NCBI GenBank assembly: GCA_041548245.1
Contig: JBFESZ010000008.1
Span: forward strand, 1 to 39,539
Direction: 5' to 3'
Length of the DNA stretch: 39,539 bases
Source of the DNA: Sulfurimonadaceae bacterium
Lineage (GTDB): Bacteria; Campylobacterota; Campylobacteria; Campylobacterales; Sulfurimonadaceae
Positions 9,013 to 17,821 of the stretch are shown here, in pieces; the stretch's first letter is position 1, and each line of letters opens with the position of its first letter. Both the position numbers and the translations under genes were made by a program. The notes under the pieces were generated by a model. The model searched no databases. It saw only the letters and a program-made list of their open reading frames with translations, and was not told where the DNA came from.

Positions 9013-9441
9013 ATGTTAATTACACGTTTTGATCCATTTAAAGAGTTAAGAGACTTGGAAAACCGTTTTCTTACTAATTATTCCAAAGCAGGTGTGCAAG
9101 AGGACAGTATTAGCACATTTTCTCCAAAGGTGAACACACGTGAAGGGGAGTTTGCCTATCATCTGGATGTTGATCTGCCGGGAGTGAAAAAAGAAGACAT
9201 CAAAGTAGATGTGAAAGATGGTAGATTGACGATATCTGGTGAACGTAATTTCAAAGAAGAGGTGAAAGAAGAGGACTATTATAAGGTCGAGACAAGCTTT
9301 GGAAAGTTTACACGAAGTTTTGAACTTCCGGAAAATGTTGATGTGGAGAATATTGAGGCAAGTAGCGAGAATGGTGTCTTGGAAGTGATCATTCCTAAGC
9401 TTGAAAAAGTCGATAATGTGAAGACAATTACAGTAAAATAA
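9013..9441 (+). CDS. Small heat-shock protein, Hsp20/alpha-crystallin family
   Basis: DLPGVKKEDIKV, LTISGER, FGKFTRSFELPENVD, ENGVLEVIIPK; AAGGAG RBS. Confidence 0.97.
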   Translation: MLITRFDPFKELRDLENRFLTNYSKAGVQEDSISTFSPKVNTREGEFAYHLDVDLPGVKKEDIKVDVKDGRLTISGERNFKEEVKEEDYYKVETSFGKFTRSFELPENVDVENIEASSENGVLEVIIPKLEKVDNVKTITVK

Positions 9442-9479
9442 AAACATTTATAATATACATATACGAATACTTTTTATAT

Positions 9480-9545
9480 GGATACAGTTTAAACAGGTAT
9501 GATCAAATCATTTAGTCGGTTTTAAAAACCTGTTTAACTGTATCC
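9480..9545. repeat. Long near-perfect inverted repeat (hsp20 3' hairpin or terminator)
   Basis: GGATACAGTTTAAACAGGT (9480-9498) pairs with ACCTGTTTAACTGTATCC (9528-9545), with a one-base bulge. A pyrimidine/T-rich tract follows. Confidence 0.8.
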
Positions 9546-9592
9546 GTTCTTCTATCCTTTGTTTTTCTGATAAATTTCGCTATACTTCCATC

Positions 9593-9825
9593 TCAATTAG
9601 ACATTTTCTTATAAAGTACCTCTATGCTAAGAAAATGAAGTGATTGGGCACGAAGCTTAAAGTGAAGATCTTTTTGGTCTTGATTTTAACCTTTTGTGCC
9701 GGTTACGTGTGTACGTCCACATTGAAGACGGTCAGAGGAAAGTGTTAAAAAGTTCATCTTTTTTCTTCCGCATTTATGCGACTCTTTCCCTTTCCTTATT
9801 TGATTTGACTACAGATGTAACCAGC
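9593..9825 (+). ncRNA. Candidate structured RNA (rpsP leader or independent ncRNA), family unassigned
   Basis: gcTATACT -10 at 9581-9586. Three abutting helical domains at 9594-9646, 9647-9700 and 9701-9822, with many G-U pairs on the + strand. Confidence 0.6.
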
Positions 9826-9856
9826 AATGGGTAAAATATTATATTTAAGGAAGAAT

Positions 9857-10084
9857 ATGACAGTAATTCGTTTAACTCGTATGGGTCGTAAAAAACAACC
9901 TTTCTACCGTATCGTAGTAACAGACTCTCGTAAACGTCGTGATGGTGGTTGGATTGAGAAAATTGGACACTATAATCCAATGGTTTCTCCAGCTGCAGTG
10001 AGCTTCGATGAAGAGCGTCTTAACTACTGGATCAGCACTGGTGCTCAAATGAGTGACCGTGTTAAAAAGATCACTGGTAAATAA
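9857..10084 (+). CDS. rpsP: 30S ribosomal protein S16
   Basis: [30 protein letters not shown]. Start moved to ATG 9857, which follows an AAGGA RBS. Confidence 0.98.
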   Translation: MTVIRLTRMGRKKQPFYRIVVTDSRKRRDGGWIEKIGHYNPMVSPAAVSFDEERLNYWISTGAQMSDRVKKITGK

Positions 10085-10086
10085 GA

Positions 10087-10326
10087 ATGGTCGCTGAGTT
10101 TGTCGCAGAATATGCGAGAATGATTGTCTCAAGCCCTGATGATATCTCTGTTGAAATTCAACAGAGTGATGATTTTGCGGAGATTACCGTATATGCGAAC
10201 CAGGCAGATGTTGGTAAGCTTATTGGTAAAGAAGGTAAAATGATTGGTGCGATTAAGACAGTTATATCTGGTTGCAAGGCAAAAGACGGCCTGAGCTATC
10301 GTATTAATGTCGAACCAAAATCGTAG
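10087..10326 (+). CDS. khpA: KH-domain RNA-binding protein (KhpA/YlqC family)
   Basis: DVGKLIGKEGKMIGAIKT GxxG motif; located between rpsP and rimM. Confidence 0.9.
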   Translation: MVAEFVAEYARMIVSSPDDISVEIQQSDDFAEITVYANQADVGKLIGKEGKMIGAIKTVISGCKAKDGLSYRINVEPKS

Positions 10327-10332
10327 GTTTTT

Positions 10333-10872
10333 TTGTTGAAAACTGATAAGTCTGCGAAATTTCAAGTTGCTAAGCTTGGCAAAGCTGTAGGGTTGCACGG
10401 AGAGATGAAACTTCATCTTAAATGTGATTTTCCTGAACAGTTTAAGTCAGGTGCATGTTTTGATACAAAACGTGGTGAATTAGAGATCGAAAGCTATAAC
10501 CCTGAACGAGACCTGGTCAAGTTCAAGGGGTACAACTCGATTGAAGAAGCAAAAAGACTAACGAACTTAGATCTTTTTACGACTGAAGAGAAAACACGTC
10601 AAGATATTCAACTTGAAAAAGGTCAATACTTTTGGTTTGACATTGTCGGTGCTAGCGTTTATGAAGCTGATTTGCTTTTGGGCAAGGTGGCAGAAATTGA
10701 ACGCTTAGGTGCGACGGATTATCTTAAACTGGATACAGATGAAGATCTGGTCTCAAAAAAGATGCCAAACTCATTTTTAATACCGTATCTGGATCACTTC
10801 ATCTTAGAAGTGGATACGGAAGCTAAAATCATCAAGGTGCAGGGAGGATTAGATATCCTCGAAGCGAGCTGA
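10333..10872 (+). CDS. rimM: Ribosome maturation factor RimM
   Basis: [24 protein letters not shown] motifs and operon position. Confidence 0.95.
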   Translation: MLKTDKSAKFQVAKLGKAVGLHGEMKLHLKCDFPEQFKSGACFDTKRGELEIESYNPERDLVKFKGYNSIEEAKRLTNLDLFTTEEKTRQDIQLEKGQYFWFDIVGASVYEADLLLGKVAEIERLGATDYLKLDTDEDLVSKKMPNSFLIPYLDHFILEVDTEAKIIKVQGGLDILEAS

Positions 10873-11570
10873 TGAAGTTTAGCTTTATCACACTGTTTCC
10901 TGAGTTGATCTCAGGTTACTTTACAGATTCTATCTTGTCGCGTGCGATAGAGAAAGATCTTTTAGAGATTGCCTATGTCAATCCTAGAGATAAAAGTACG
11001 GATAAGTGGAAAAAGGTCGATGACACAGCTGTTGGTGGGGGAGCCGGAATGGTAATGACCCCTCAGCCTTTGTTTGATACCCTAAATGGACTAAAAGAAG
11101 ATGATGTGCATATCATCTTTGCTACACCGGTTGGCAAACCGTTTAATCAAAACGATGCCAAACGTTTAGCGAAGAAAGAGCATATTGCCTTTGTAAGCGG
11201 TCGTTATGAAGGGATTGATGAGCGTGTTATTGAAACGTTTGCCGATGAAGTGTTTTCTATCGGTGATTATATATTGACGGGTGGAGAACTGCCATCATTG
11301 GTGATGGCAGATGCTATAAGCAGGAATGTAGAAGGTGTTCTTGGAAATCAAGAATCCTTAGATGAAGAGAGCTTTGAAGGCTTACTTCTGGAAGCACCTG
11401 CTTTCGCTCGACCGCCTAAATACGAAAATATGGATGCACCATCAGAATATATGAAGGGAAATCGTGCTAGAATTTCAGCACTAAAAATTCTCTTGTCTGA
11501 GTGCAAGACGAAATATTTTCGACCTGATCAGCTAAAAAAGCATCAAAGAAGGAAAAAATATGAGAAATAA
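10872..11570 (+). CDS. trmD: tRNA (guanine37-N1)-methyltransferase
   Basis: [33 protein letters not shown]. Confidence 0.98.
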   Translation: MKFSFITLFPELISGYFTDSILSRAIEKDLLEIAYVNPRDKSTDKWKKVDDTAVGGGAGMVMTPQPLFDTLNGLKEDDVHIIFATPVGKPFNQNDAKRLAKKEHIAFVSGRYEGIDERVIETFADEVFSIGDYILTGGELPSLVMADAISRNVEGVLGNQESLDEESFEGLLLEAPAFARPPKYENMDAPSEYMKGNRARISALKILLSECKTKYFRPDQLKKHQRRKKYEK

Positions 11571-11916
11571 GTACATCGAAAACTTCGAAAACGCACAAAT
11601 CTCTGAGAAAAATGTTCCAGATTTTCGCGCTGGTGACACTGTACGTCTTGCCGTAACTATTAAAGAAGGCGACAAAACACGTGTTCAAAACTATGAAGGT
11701 GTTTGTATCGCAATGAGCGGTACAGGTACTGGTAGAACAATTACAGTTCGTAAAATCGGCGCTAACAGTGTTGGTATCGAACGTATTTTCCCTATCTATT
11801 CAGATAGCATTAATGAGATTACAGTAATCCGTCGCGGTCGTGTTCGTCGTGCGAAGCTTTACTATCTTCGTGATCTTACAGGTAAGAAAGCACGTATCAA
11901 AGAGATTCGTCGCTAA
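11560..11916 (+). CDS. rplS: 50S ribosomal protein L19
   Basis: [28 protein letters not shown]. Confidence 0.98.
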   Translation: MRNKYIENFENAQISEKNVPDFRAGDTVRLAVTIKEGDKTRVQNYEGVCIAMSGTGTGRTITVRKIGANSVGIERIFPIYSDSINEITVIRRGRVRRAKLYYLRDLTGKKARIKEIRR

Positions 11917-11928
11917 TCTTCCTTTTAG

Positions 11929-11959
11929 ATATAGAGCATTCTGCTCTATATTTTTATTT
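11929..11959 (+). terminator. Intrinsic terminator of the rpsP-rplS operon
   Basis: ATATAGAGCA-TTC-TGCTCTATAT 10-bp stem followed by TTTTATTT. Confidence 0.8.
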
Positions 11960-12060
11960 CACTCTCTCTTGATATACCATCATCTGATTTCTATGAAACT
12001 CTATTAAACCTTTTACTGATTAAACTTTACGCATGGATATATACATATTGTATTGACAAG

Positions 12061-12077
12061 TGGTTATACTATAACCA
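12061..12077. promoter_or_regulatory. Perfect 8-1-8 palindrome overlapping a -10 element (putative operator)
   Basis: TGGTTATA-C-TATAACCA contains gtTATACT (TATACT at 12065-12070) and lies directly before the AAGGA RBS. Confidence 0.5.
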
Positions 12078-12087
12078 AAGGAATGCG

Positions 12088-12963
12088 ATGCAAAATTTAG
12101 TACATATTTATGAGGCAAACAGCCCACTAATCAAAAAATTTATTATCTCTACTCTGCATAGACTTCATTTCAAAGACGTCTCGCCGAAAAGTTATAGACA
12201 ACTGCATAATACTTTACCCAGCTTGGAGCTGATGTATGCCTGTGATGAAGAACTGGTACAGACTTCAGCCAATATCAGTGATGCGATAGAAGATATAGAT
12301 CATATTGGACAGGATCGTAGCTATCTAGTAGAATCATGTGATTTTAAAACACGTTATTGTGTCAGTGAACCCTATATTTCCGGTGCATCCGGTTATCTAT
12401 GCATTACAGTGATATATAAGAGTGATGATGGTTATATATTTTTAGACTTTAGATTGCGTACCCTATTGGAGCGTTTTCATTTGATTGAAGCCAACACCAG
12501 GTTCCGACAGCTGAGCCGTTTTTCCTATTCACTGATCGGCGGTGGCCTGCTTATGTTTGGGCTCTTTGTGGCCCTGTATGGCCTGGGCTCTTTCGGATTT
12601 TACCTTTTTTCAGACGAAGCTATGAGTCTGGAAGTAGTGTTTAAGCCTGTTATTGCTTTGACACTTGGTCTGGCTGTCTTTGATCTGGGTAAGACGATAT
12701 ATGAGCAGGAAGTCTTGCCAAAAACGCAAAATATTTCGGAATCGTTTAATCCAAAGAGCTTGATAACCTTCATCGCATCCATTGTAATCGCCCTGTTGAT
12801 TGAAGCCCTCTTAATCGTCTTTAAAATTGCTATCAATAATTATCAAGATCTTCATTATGCGGCAGTCCTGATTGTTTCGATCTCCTTGTTACTCTTTGTC
12901 TTTGGACGCTTTATCCCGGTTAAAAAAGAGCAAAGTAGTTCTGCAAAAAGTCATGCTGAGTGA
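12088..12963 (+). CDS. PDC/Cache-like sensor domain plus 4-TM membrane protein (resembles Campylobacter PglG-like proteins)
   Basis: Cache-type DRSY...VSEPYISGASGYLCITV motif; C-terminal TMs LTLGLAVFDLGKTIYEQEVL and IVIALLIEALLIVFK. Family recalled from memory. Confidence 0.65.
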   Translation: MQNLVHIYEANSPLIKKFIISTLHRLHFKDVSPKSYRQLHNTLPSLELMYACDEELVQTSANISDAIEDIDHIGQDRSYLVESCDFKTRYCVSEPYISGASGYLCITVIYKSDDGYIFLDFRLRTLLERFHLIEANTRFRQLSRFSYSLIGGGLLMFGLFVALYGLGSFGFYLFSDEAMSLEVVFKPVIALTLGLAVFDLGKTIYEQEVLPKTQNISESFNPKSLITFIASIVIALLIEALLIVFKIAINNYQDLHYAAVLIVSISLLLFVFGRFIPVKKEQSSSAKSHAE

Positions 12964-13096
12964 CTTGATGCCCTTAAACGACTAATAAAAATCAAATTTA
13001 ATTATAGATACAATTAACAAACTAATTCTATTTAGTTAATCTTTCAAAAATGAAATGTTTATTAAATAGTTATTGTGTTTATGATTAGGAAAATAT

Positions 13097-14062
13097 ATGT
13101 TAGTTGATAGTTATGGCCGAACGGTAGATTATTTACGTGTTTCTGTAACAGAGAGATGTAACTTCAGATGCCAATACTGTATGCCCGAAAAGCCTTTTTC
13201 ATGGGTTCCGAAAGAGAACCTTCTTAAATTTGAAGAGCTCTTCTTGTTTATAAAAGTAGCCATTGATGAAGGTATCAGGAAGATACGTATCACAGGTGGT
13301 GAACCACTTTTACGAGAAGATCTGGACAAGTTTATTAAGATGATCTACGATTACTGTCCCGAGATAGACTTGGCAATGACAACCAATGCATATCTATTGG
13401 AGGGTTCTGCACAGAAGTTGAAAGATGCCGGCTTGAAACGAATCAATATCTCTGTTGACAGTCTTATTCCCGACGTGGCAGAGAAGATCGCAAAGAAAGA
13501 TGTCTTGGCCAAGGTCCTATCAGGCCTTGAAGAGGCGCTAAGAGTCGGCCTGAAGGTCAAGGTCAACATGGTCCCTATGATCGGGATGAACGAAAATGAG
13601 ATCCTTGATGTGATGGAGTTCTGTAAAGAGCGTGACATTACCGTACGATATATCGAGTATATGGAGAATATTCATGCAGATGTCGATATCAAGGGGATGA
13701 AAAGCGAATCCCTTTTAAAGCTTATAGGCGAAAAATACATGTTTACGGATGAAGGGTTTGATGCGACATCCCCTTCACATTATTACCGATGTGAAGATGG
13801 ATACCGTTTCGGGATCATTGAGCCATATAAAGATGATTTCTGTACGAAATGTAATCGTATTCGCTTGACGGCCGAAGGGCATCTGATTCCTTGTCTCTAT
13901 TTTGATGAGGCGATGAGTATTCATGATGCCGTCAAACGAGGGGACATTAAAGAGGCTGCTCTTGTGCTTAAAGAGGTCATTCGGACCAAACCGGAAAAGA
14001 ACCGTTGGAGTGAGGAAGATGGAGAAGCCTCTACACGTGCTTTTTACGAGACGGGTGGCTGA
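13097..14062 (+). CDS. moaA: GTP 3',8-cyclase (molybdenum cofactor biosynthesis)
   Basis: [36 protein letters not shown]...C, C-terminal GG. Confidence 0.98.
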   Translation: MLVDSYGRTVDYLRVSVTERCNFRCQYCMPEKPFSWVPKENLLKFEELFLFIKVAIDEGIRKIRITGGEPLLREDLDKFIKMIYDYCPEIDLAMTTNAYLLEGSAQKLKDAGLKRINISVDSLIPDVAEKIAKKDVLAKVLSGLEEALRVGLKVKVNMVPMIGMNENEILDVMEFCKERDITVRYIEYMENIHADVDIKGMKSESLLKLIGEKYMFTDEGFDATSPSHYYRCEDGYRFGIIEPYKDDFCTKCNRIRLTAEGHLIPCLYFDEAMSIHDAVKRGDIKEAALVLKEVIRTKPEKNRWSEEDGEASTRAFYETGG

Positions 14063-14820
14063 TGATTTATCTGGTTGAGCATTTTTATTCTATTCAGGGT
14101 GAAGGAAAATACCTGGGCACACCTTCGTTGTTTTTTCGTTTTGGCGGATGTAATATGAAATGTGAGGGGTTTGGGTGTTCAGAGACCTCACCGGAAGGTG
14201 TTGAAGTCCTTGGTTGTGATACAGTCTATGCCGTGGACAGAAAACACTTTGGTTCGACATGGATAGAAGTGGACTCTCTAGAAAAACTGGCTTTTATCTA
14301 TAACTCCTATACCCTTCCTATCAAGGCAGATATTGTATTGACGGGTGGAGAACCGCTTATATATGCGAATGACGAGCTTTTTGTAGCCTTTATTGAGTTT
14401 CTTTTGGGCAAAGGCCATCGTGTTACTTTCGAGACAAATGGAGCGATAAATGTCGATTTTGAGAAGTTCCGTGTCTATCAGCGCTGTACCTTTGCTCTTT
14501 CTGTGAAACTCAGCAACAGTGGTGAGAATGAAAGCAAGCGTGTCAATGCCGAAGCGATTCAAAACATTGCAACCTATTCGCAGGATGCTTTTTTTAAGTT
14601 CACCGTGGATAAGGAGTCGCTGGAAAAAGGGGTTGATGAAGAGATCGGCGGGATCATCAAGTTTGCCCCATCCATTTCGGTATACTGTATGCCTAAAGGT
14701 GGCAGTAGGAAAGAGCTGGAATCGCACAGTGAATATGTTATTGATTATTGCAAAAGCAAAGGGTATGTGTACAGTGATAGGCTTCATATACGTCTTTGGG
14801 ATCAGAATAAAGGGGTGTAG
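14062..14820 (+). CDS. queE: 7-carboxy-7-deazaguanine synthase
   Basis: FYSIQGEG, FRFGGCN, CDT, TGGEP, FETNG, RLHIRLW; adjacent to queD. Confidence 0.93.
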   Translation: MIYLVEHFYSIQGEGKYLGTPSLFFRFGGCNMKCEGFGCSETSPEGVEVLGCDTVYAVDRKHFGSTWIEVDSLEKLAFIYNSYTLPIKADIVLTGGEPLIYANDELFVAFIEFLLGKGHRVTFETNGAINVDFEKFRVYQRCTFALSVKLSNSGENESKRVNAEAIQNIATYSQDAFFKFTVDKESLEKGVDEEIGGIIKFAPSISVYCMPKGGSRKELESHSEYVIDYCKSKGYVYSDRLHIRLWDQNKGV

Positions 14821-15402
14821 ATGTTAATTCGAAAGCTTTTTAGATTTGAAAATGCCCATATCGTCCGTGGTTGTTCAAGCGAGCGTTGCAGAGCATCCAT
14901 TCACGGGCACTCATATGAGATAGAAGTACTGTTTGAGTCCAATTTTTTAGATCATGGTCAGATGGTATTTGATTTCGGTTTGATGAAACAGTCAATAAAA
15001 GACCTCATTGACTCGTTTGACCATTCTATCACATTATGGTCAGGTGATGATGCACAATACATAGATGATATGAAAAAGCACTCATCCAGATGGGTTGAGC
15101 TTCCGGTCTCTCCATCAGCTGAACAGTTCTCTCGTGTGATTTTCATTATGATAGACAAGATGCTGGCATGCACGAAGATGATGAACGGAGAAAAAGAGGT
15201 AAGACTCAACTCTGTGATCGTGCATGAGACAAAAACAGGATATGCACAAGGTTTTGAAGAGGATGCCTATAGTGAGAAGATGGGACACATCAAACCTGAA
15301 GAGATCATCTTCTCAGATGCTGTCAGAGAAGATTGGCATGACAGAGACCTGTGGCAAAAAGTTCTCACAGGTGAGGTTTTTGTCAATCCTGATACCGTCT
15401 AG
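14821..15402 (+). CDS. queD: 6-carboxytetrahydropterin synthase
   Basis: FENAH, C...HGHSY, DFG, FDH, PSAE, VHET motifs. Confidence 0.9.
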   Translation: MLIRKLFRFENAHIVRGCSSERCRASIHGHSYEIEVLFESNFLDHGQMVFDFGLMKQSIKDLIDSFDHSITLWSGDDAQYIDDMKKHSSRWVELPVSPSAEQFSRVIFIMIDKMLACTKMMNGEKEVRLNSVIVHETKTGYAQGFEEDAYSEKMGHIKPEEIIFSDAVREDWHDRDLWQKVLTGEVFVNPDTV

Positions 15403-16625
15403 GCGCGGGTAATAATTTCGCTTTTCTCTTTTGTACACATCTGCCATCGTGTCGGGATGAGTAAAATCTCCTGACCGCTTTTTATCTCTGCAATCTTATT
15501 ATCGGTGATCATAAAGGCATTGGACTGTGCTAAGGGTGAGATCATGCCCGGGCTTCTTTTTTCGATGGGATTGAAAAACTCTCCGTCATAATATCCCGGA
15601 ATAACAGTAAATTTACCCGGACGCTGTACGAAGTCATCTTTCATCTTCGCTTTAAAACTTCCGATATAAGGCAGCCTTGCATTATGGAGTTTTAAGATGA
15701 TACTTTGTGCAAAGATCTCAAAATTAACGGCAGCCGCCAAAGGATTCCCGGGCAGGTTTAACACATAGGTTCTTCCAATACGTCCAAAAGTGGTCGGTTT
15801 TCCGGGTTTTATATCGATTTTTGAGAAATAGGCTTCGTAATCAAATGATGCAAAGGCCTCTTTCGTGAAATCTGCATCCCCAACACTAACGCCACCGGAT
15901 GTGATGATAAGGTCAGAGTCTTCAAGGGCTGAAGATATATGTGCTTTTATGTCCACAAGGGTGTCTTCGGAGGTTCCTATAAAGATCACCTCACAGCCAA
16001 GTTCCTTGGCCCTGGCAAGAAAAGTCGGTGTGTTGGTATTGTAGATCTGGTGCTCTTCGACTTTTTCAAAATGCATCTTAAGCTCTTTTCCTGAAGCAAA
16101 AACAGCAACACGCGGACGTTTGGTAACATAGACATGAGAGATCCCTTGAGAAGCCAACATGGTGATGTGATGGGCATGCAGTTTATGTCCGGCTTCTAGA
16201 AGTTGATCACCAGCTCTTATGTCCTCGCCGGCATAACGGATATGTTGAGCTTCTTTGATATTTTCTGGGAGGGCAATGATATTATCGGACACCTGTTCGA
16301 TATCTTCTATCGGTACTATAGCATCGGCACCAAGAGGGACGCGTGCTCCTGTCATTATCTTCAAGGCACATCCCTGTGAAACGATTGCATCAGAATCATC
16401 ACCGGCAAAGATCGTCTCGCCTACGATCACCTCTTTGCCGGCATCGGTATGCTTGATGGCATAACCGTCCATTGCAGAGTTATTAAAGGCTGGAAGGTTA
16501 TAAACGGCGACAACATCGTTTGATAAAATACGACCTAAAGAAGCTTCGAGAGAAACAATCTCAGAGTGAAGAGGTTCAACCCATTCATCAATCTGTTTAA
16601 GCGCGTCTTCTATTAATATTGCCAT
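15399..16625 (-). CDS. moeA: Molybdopterin molybdotransferase
   Basis: SAMDGYA, IMTGA, SGGVSVGDAD, KPGKP, LPGNP. 4-bp convergent overlap with queD. Confidence 0.97.
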   Translation of the reverse strand: MAILIEDALKQIDEWVEPLHSEIVSLEASLGRILSNDVVAVYNLPAFNNSAMDGYAIKHTDAGKEVIVGETIFAGDDSDAIVSQGCALKIMTGARVPLGADAIVPIEDIEQVSDNIIALPENIKEAQHIRYAGEDIRAGDQLLEAGHKLHAHHITMLASQGISHVYVTKRPRVAVFASGKELKMHFEKVEEHQIYNTNTPTFLARAKELGCEVIFIGTSEDTLVDIKAHISSALEDSDLIITSGGVSVGDADFTKEAFASFDYEAYFSKIDIKPGKPTTFGRIGRTYVLNLPGNPLAAAVNFEIFAQSIILKLHNARLPYIGSFKAKMKDDFVQRPGKFTVIPGYYDGEFFNPIEKRSPGMISPLAQSNAFMITDNKIAEIKSGQEILLIPTRWQMCTKEKSEIITRA

Positions 16626-16653
16626 ATTCTATACCTTTGTGAAATATCGCTTA

Positions 16654-16677
16654 ATTATAGGTAACTTAGGGTAAAAT
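16654..16677. promoter_or_regulatory. Back-to-back -10 elements
   Basis: TATAAT on the minus strand (16654-16659, moeA) and ggTAAAAT on the plus strand (16672-16677). Confidence 0.5.
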
Positions 16678-16689
16678 CTAACTTTTAGG

Positions 16690-17166
16690 ATGGTTTTTAT
16701 GAATGAAATGTATGCAATGAGTCAAGCTGTTCACATATACTCTGTCATTGGATTGGTTGTAATCCTTTTGTTTATGATAGCGATGCACAAGGTGAAGGGC
16801 GATTTTAAAAAATTTGTAAAAATCATAAAAGTATTGATGCTTTTTCATCTGAGCCTGTTAGGTTTTATTGCCCTTACCGGAGCGATTATGCTTGCCGTAC
16901 AAGAAGCAATGATCTCAGGAGGAGTTGATATGAGTCAAGTCAATCAGCTTAGCTTTACACCTGCGAACCTTTTGATGACTGTGACGTTTTTTATTATTTC
17001 TTTTCTTGAGATTAAAAGAAACAAGGCCCTTTCCAAGGTCATAAAATTCAAACTTATGCAAGAGGACAGGTATAAAAGACTGGGTTTCAGGTATCAGTTG
17101 ATAGAACTTTTTTTACTTATTGGAGTCAGTGTTTTTTCGGAGATGAGCAGTGCAGTTTCTTTTTAA
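16690..17166 (+). CDS. Uncharacterised 4-TM membrane protein
   Basis: Four hydrophobic segments; overlaps the rsmE start. The real start may be ATG 16699, after AGGA. Confidence 0.75.
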   Translation: MVFMNEMYAMSQAVHIYSVIGLVVILLFMIAMHKVKGDFKKFVKIIKVLMLFHLSLLGFIALTGAIMLAVQEAMISGGVDMSQVNQLSFTPANLLMTVTFFIISFLEIKRNKALSKVIKFKLMQEDRYKRLGFRYQLIELFLLIGVSVFSEMSSAVSF

Positions 17167-17821
17167 CGATGAGGCGGGAAAAGCCATATTGAAACTAAAA
17201 GGGGAAGAGTATAAATACCTTTTTAAAGTTCGTCGGCACAGTGTTGGCGATCTTCTCTATTTTAGGACACGTACAAATAGTGAGGAGCTTCACAGCTATA
17301 AAGTTCTCTCTGTTGATGGTCGCTCGGCCGAACTAGAGCATCTAAAGAGTGAGCTTAAAGCGGTAGGAGCAGAGAAGGAACTTCATATTGCCTGGTGTGT
17401 GATTGACCCCAAGTCGGTTGAAAAAGTGTTGCCGAGTCTTAACGAAATAGGGGTAAGCACGATCAGTTTCATCTACTGTGAGCGGAGTCAAAAGAACTTT
17501 AAGACTGATATTGCGAGATATGAGCGTATTTTGGAGACATCATCACAGCAATGTGGACGCAGTAGGAAAATGGAGTTTAAAACCTATAAGAACTTGGAGT
17601 TGTTCTTGGAGCAGAACCCTGATGTAGTCGTTTTGGATTTTTGTGATAACGTGCTCTCGTGTGATGATGGGATCAAAACTGTATTGATAGGTTGCGAGGG
17701 TGGATTTTCAGAGAGTGAACGTCAAAAGTTGGAAGGACTGAAAAGTTTCCGTCTTGATACACCGATGATCTTGCGTTCCGAATCGGCAGCTATGGCGATT
17801 GCGTCAAAGGTGTTGATTTGA
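17150..17821 (+). CDS. rsmE: 16S rRNA m3U1498 methyltransferase
   Basis: EIGV, SSQQCGR, IGCEGGFS, ILRSESAA. Confidence 0.95.
   Translation: MQFLFNDEAGKAILKLKGEEYKYLFKVRRHSVGDLLYFRTRTNSEELHSYKVLSVDGRSAELEHLKSELKAVGAEKELHIAWCVIDPKSVEKVLPSLNEIGVSTISFIYCERSQKNFKTDIARYERILETSSQQCGRSRKMEFKTYKNLELFLEQNPDVVVLDFCDNVLSCDDGIKTVLIGCEGGFSESERQKLEGLKSFRLDTPMILRSESAAMAIASKVLI

Noticed and set aside
9731-9750. GAGGAAAGT resembling the RNase P RNA motif; also considered SRP RNA, 6S RNA and tmRNA
   Set aside because: It lacks the GAAAGTCC continuation and 3' P4 partner, the SRP GGAA/GCAGC loop motif and tRNA-like ends, and it is not a single 6S-like rod.
9686-9757. 23-residue minus-strand ORF (MNFLTLSS...) inside the structured region, considered as a type I toxin
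   Set aside because: It is not hydrophobic or cationic, has a weak RBS, and the G-U pairing favours a + strand RNA.
9827-9856. ORF-track N-terminal extensions of rpsP (likewise rpmE, rlmB, hom, ilvE)
   Set aside because: Family-typical N-termini and RBS or promoter positions favour the downstream ATGs.
12964-13096. Moco or preQ1 riboswitch, or ModE box, upstream of moaA-queE-queD
   Set aside because: The region is very AT-rich with only weak dyads (AACTAA/TTAGTT) and no aptamer-like stems.
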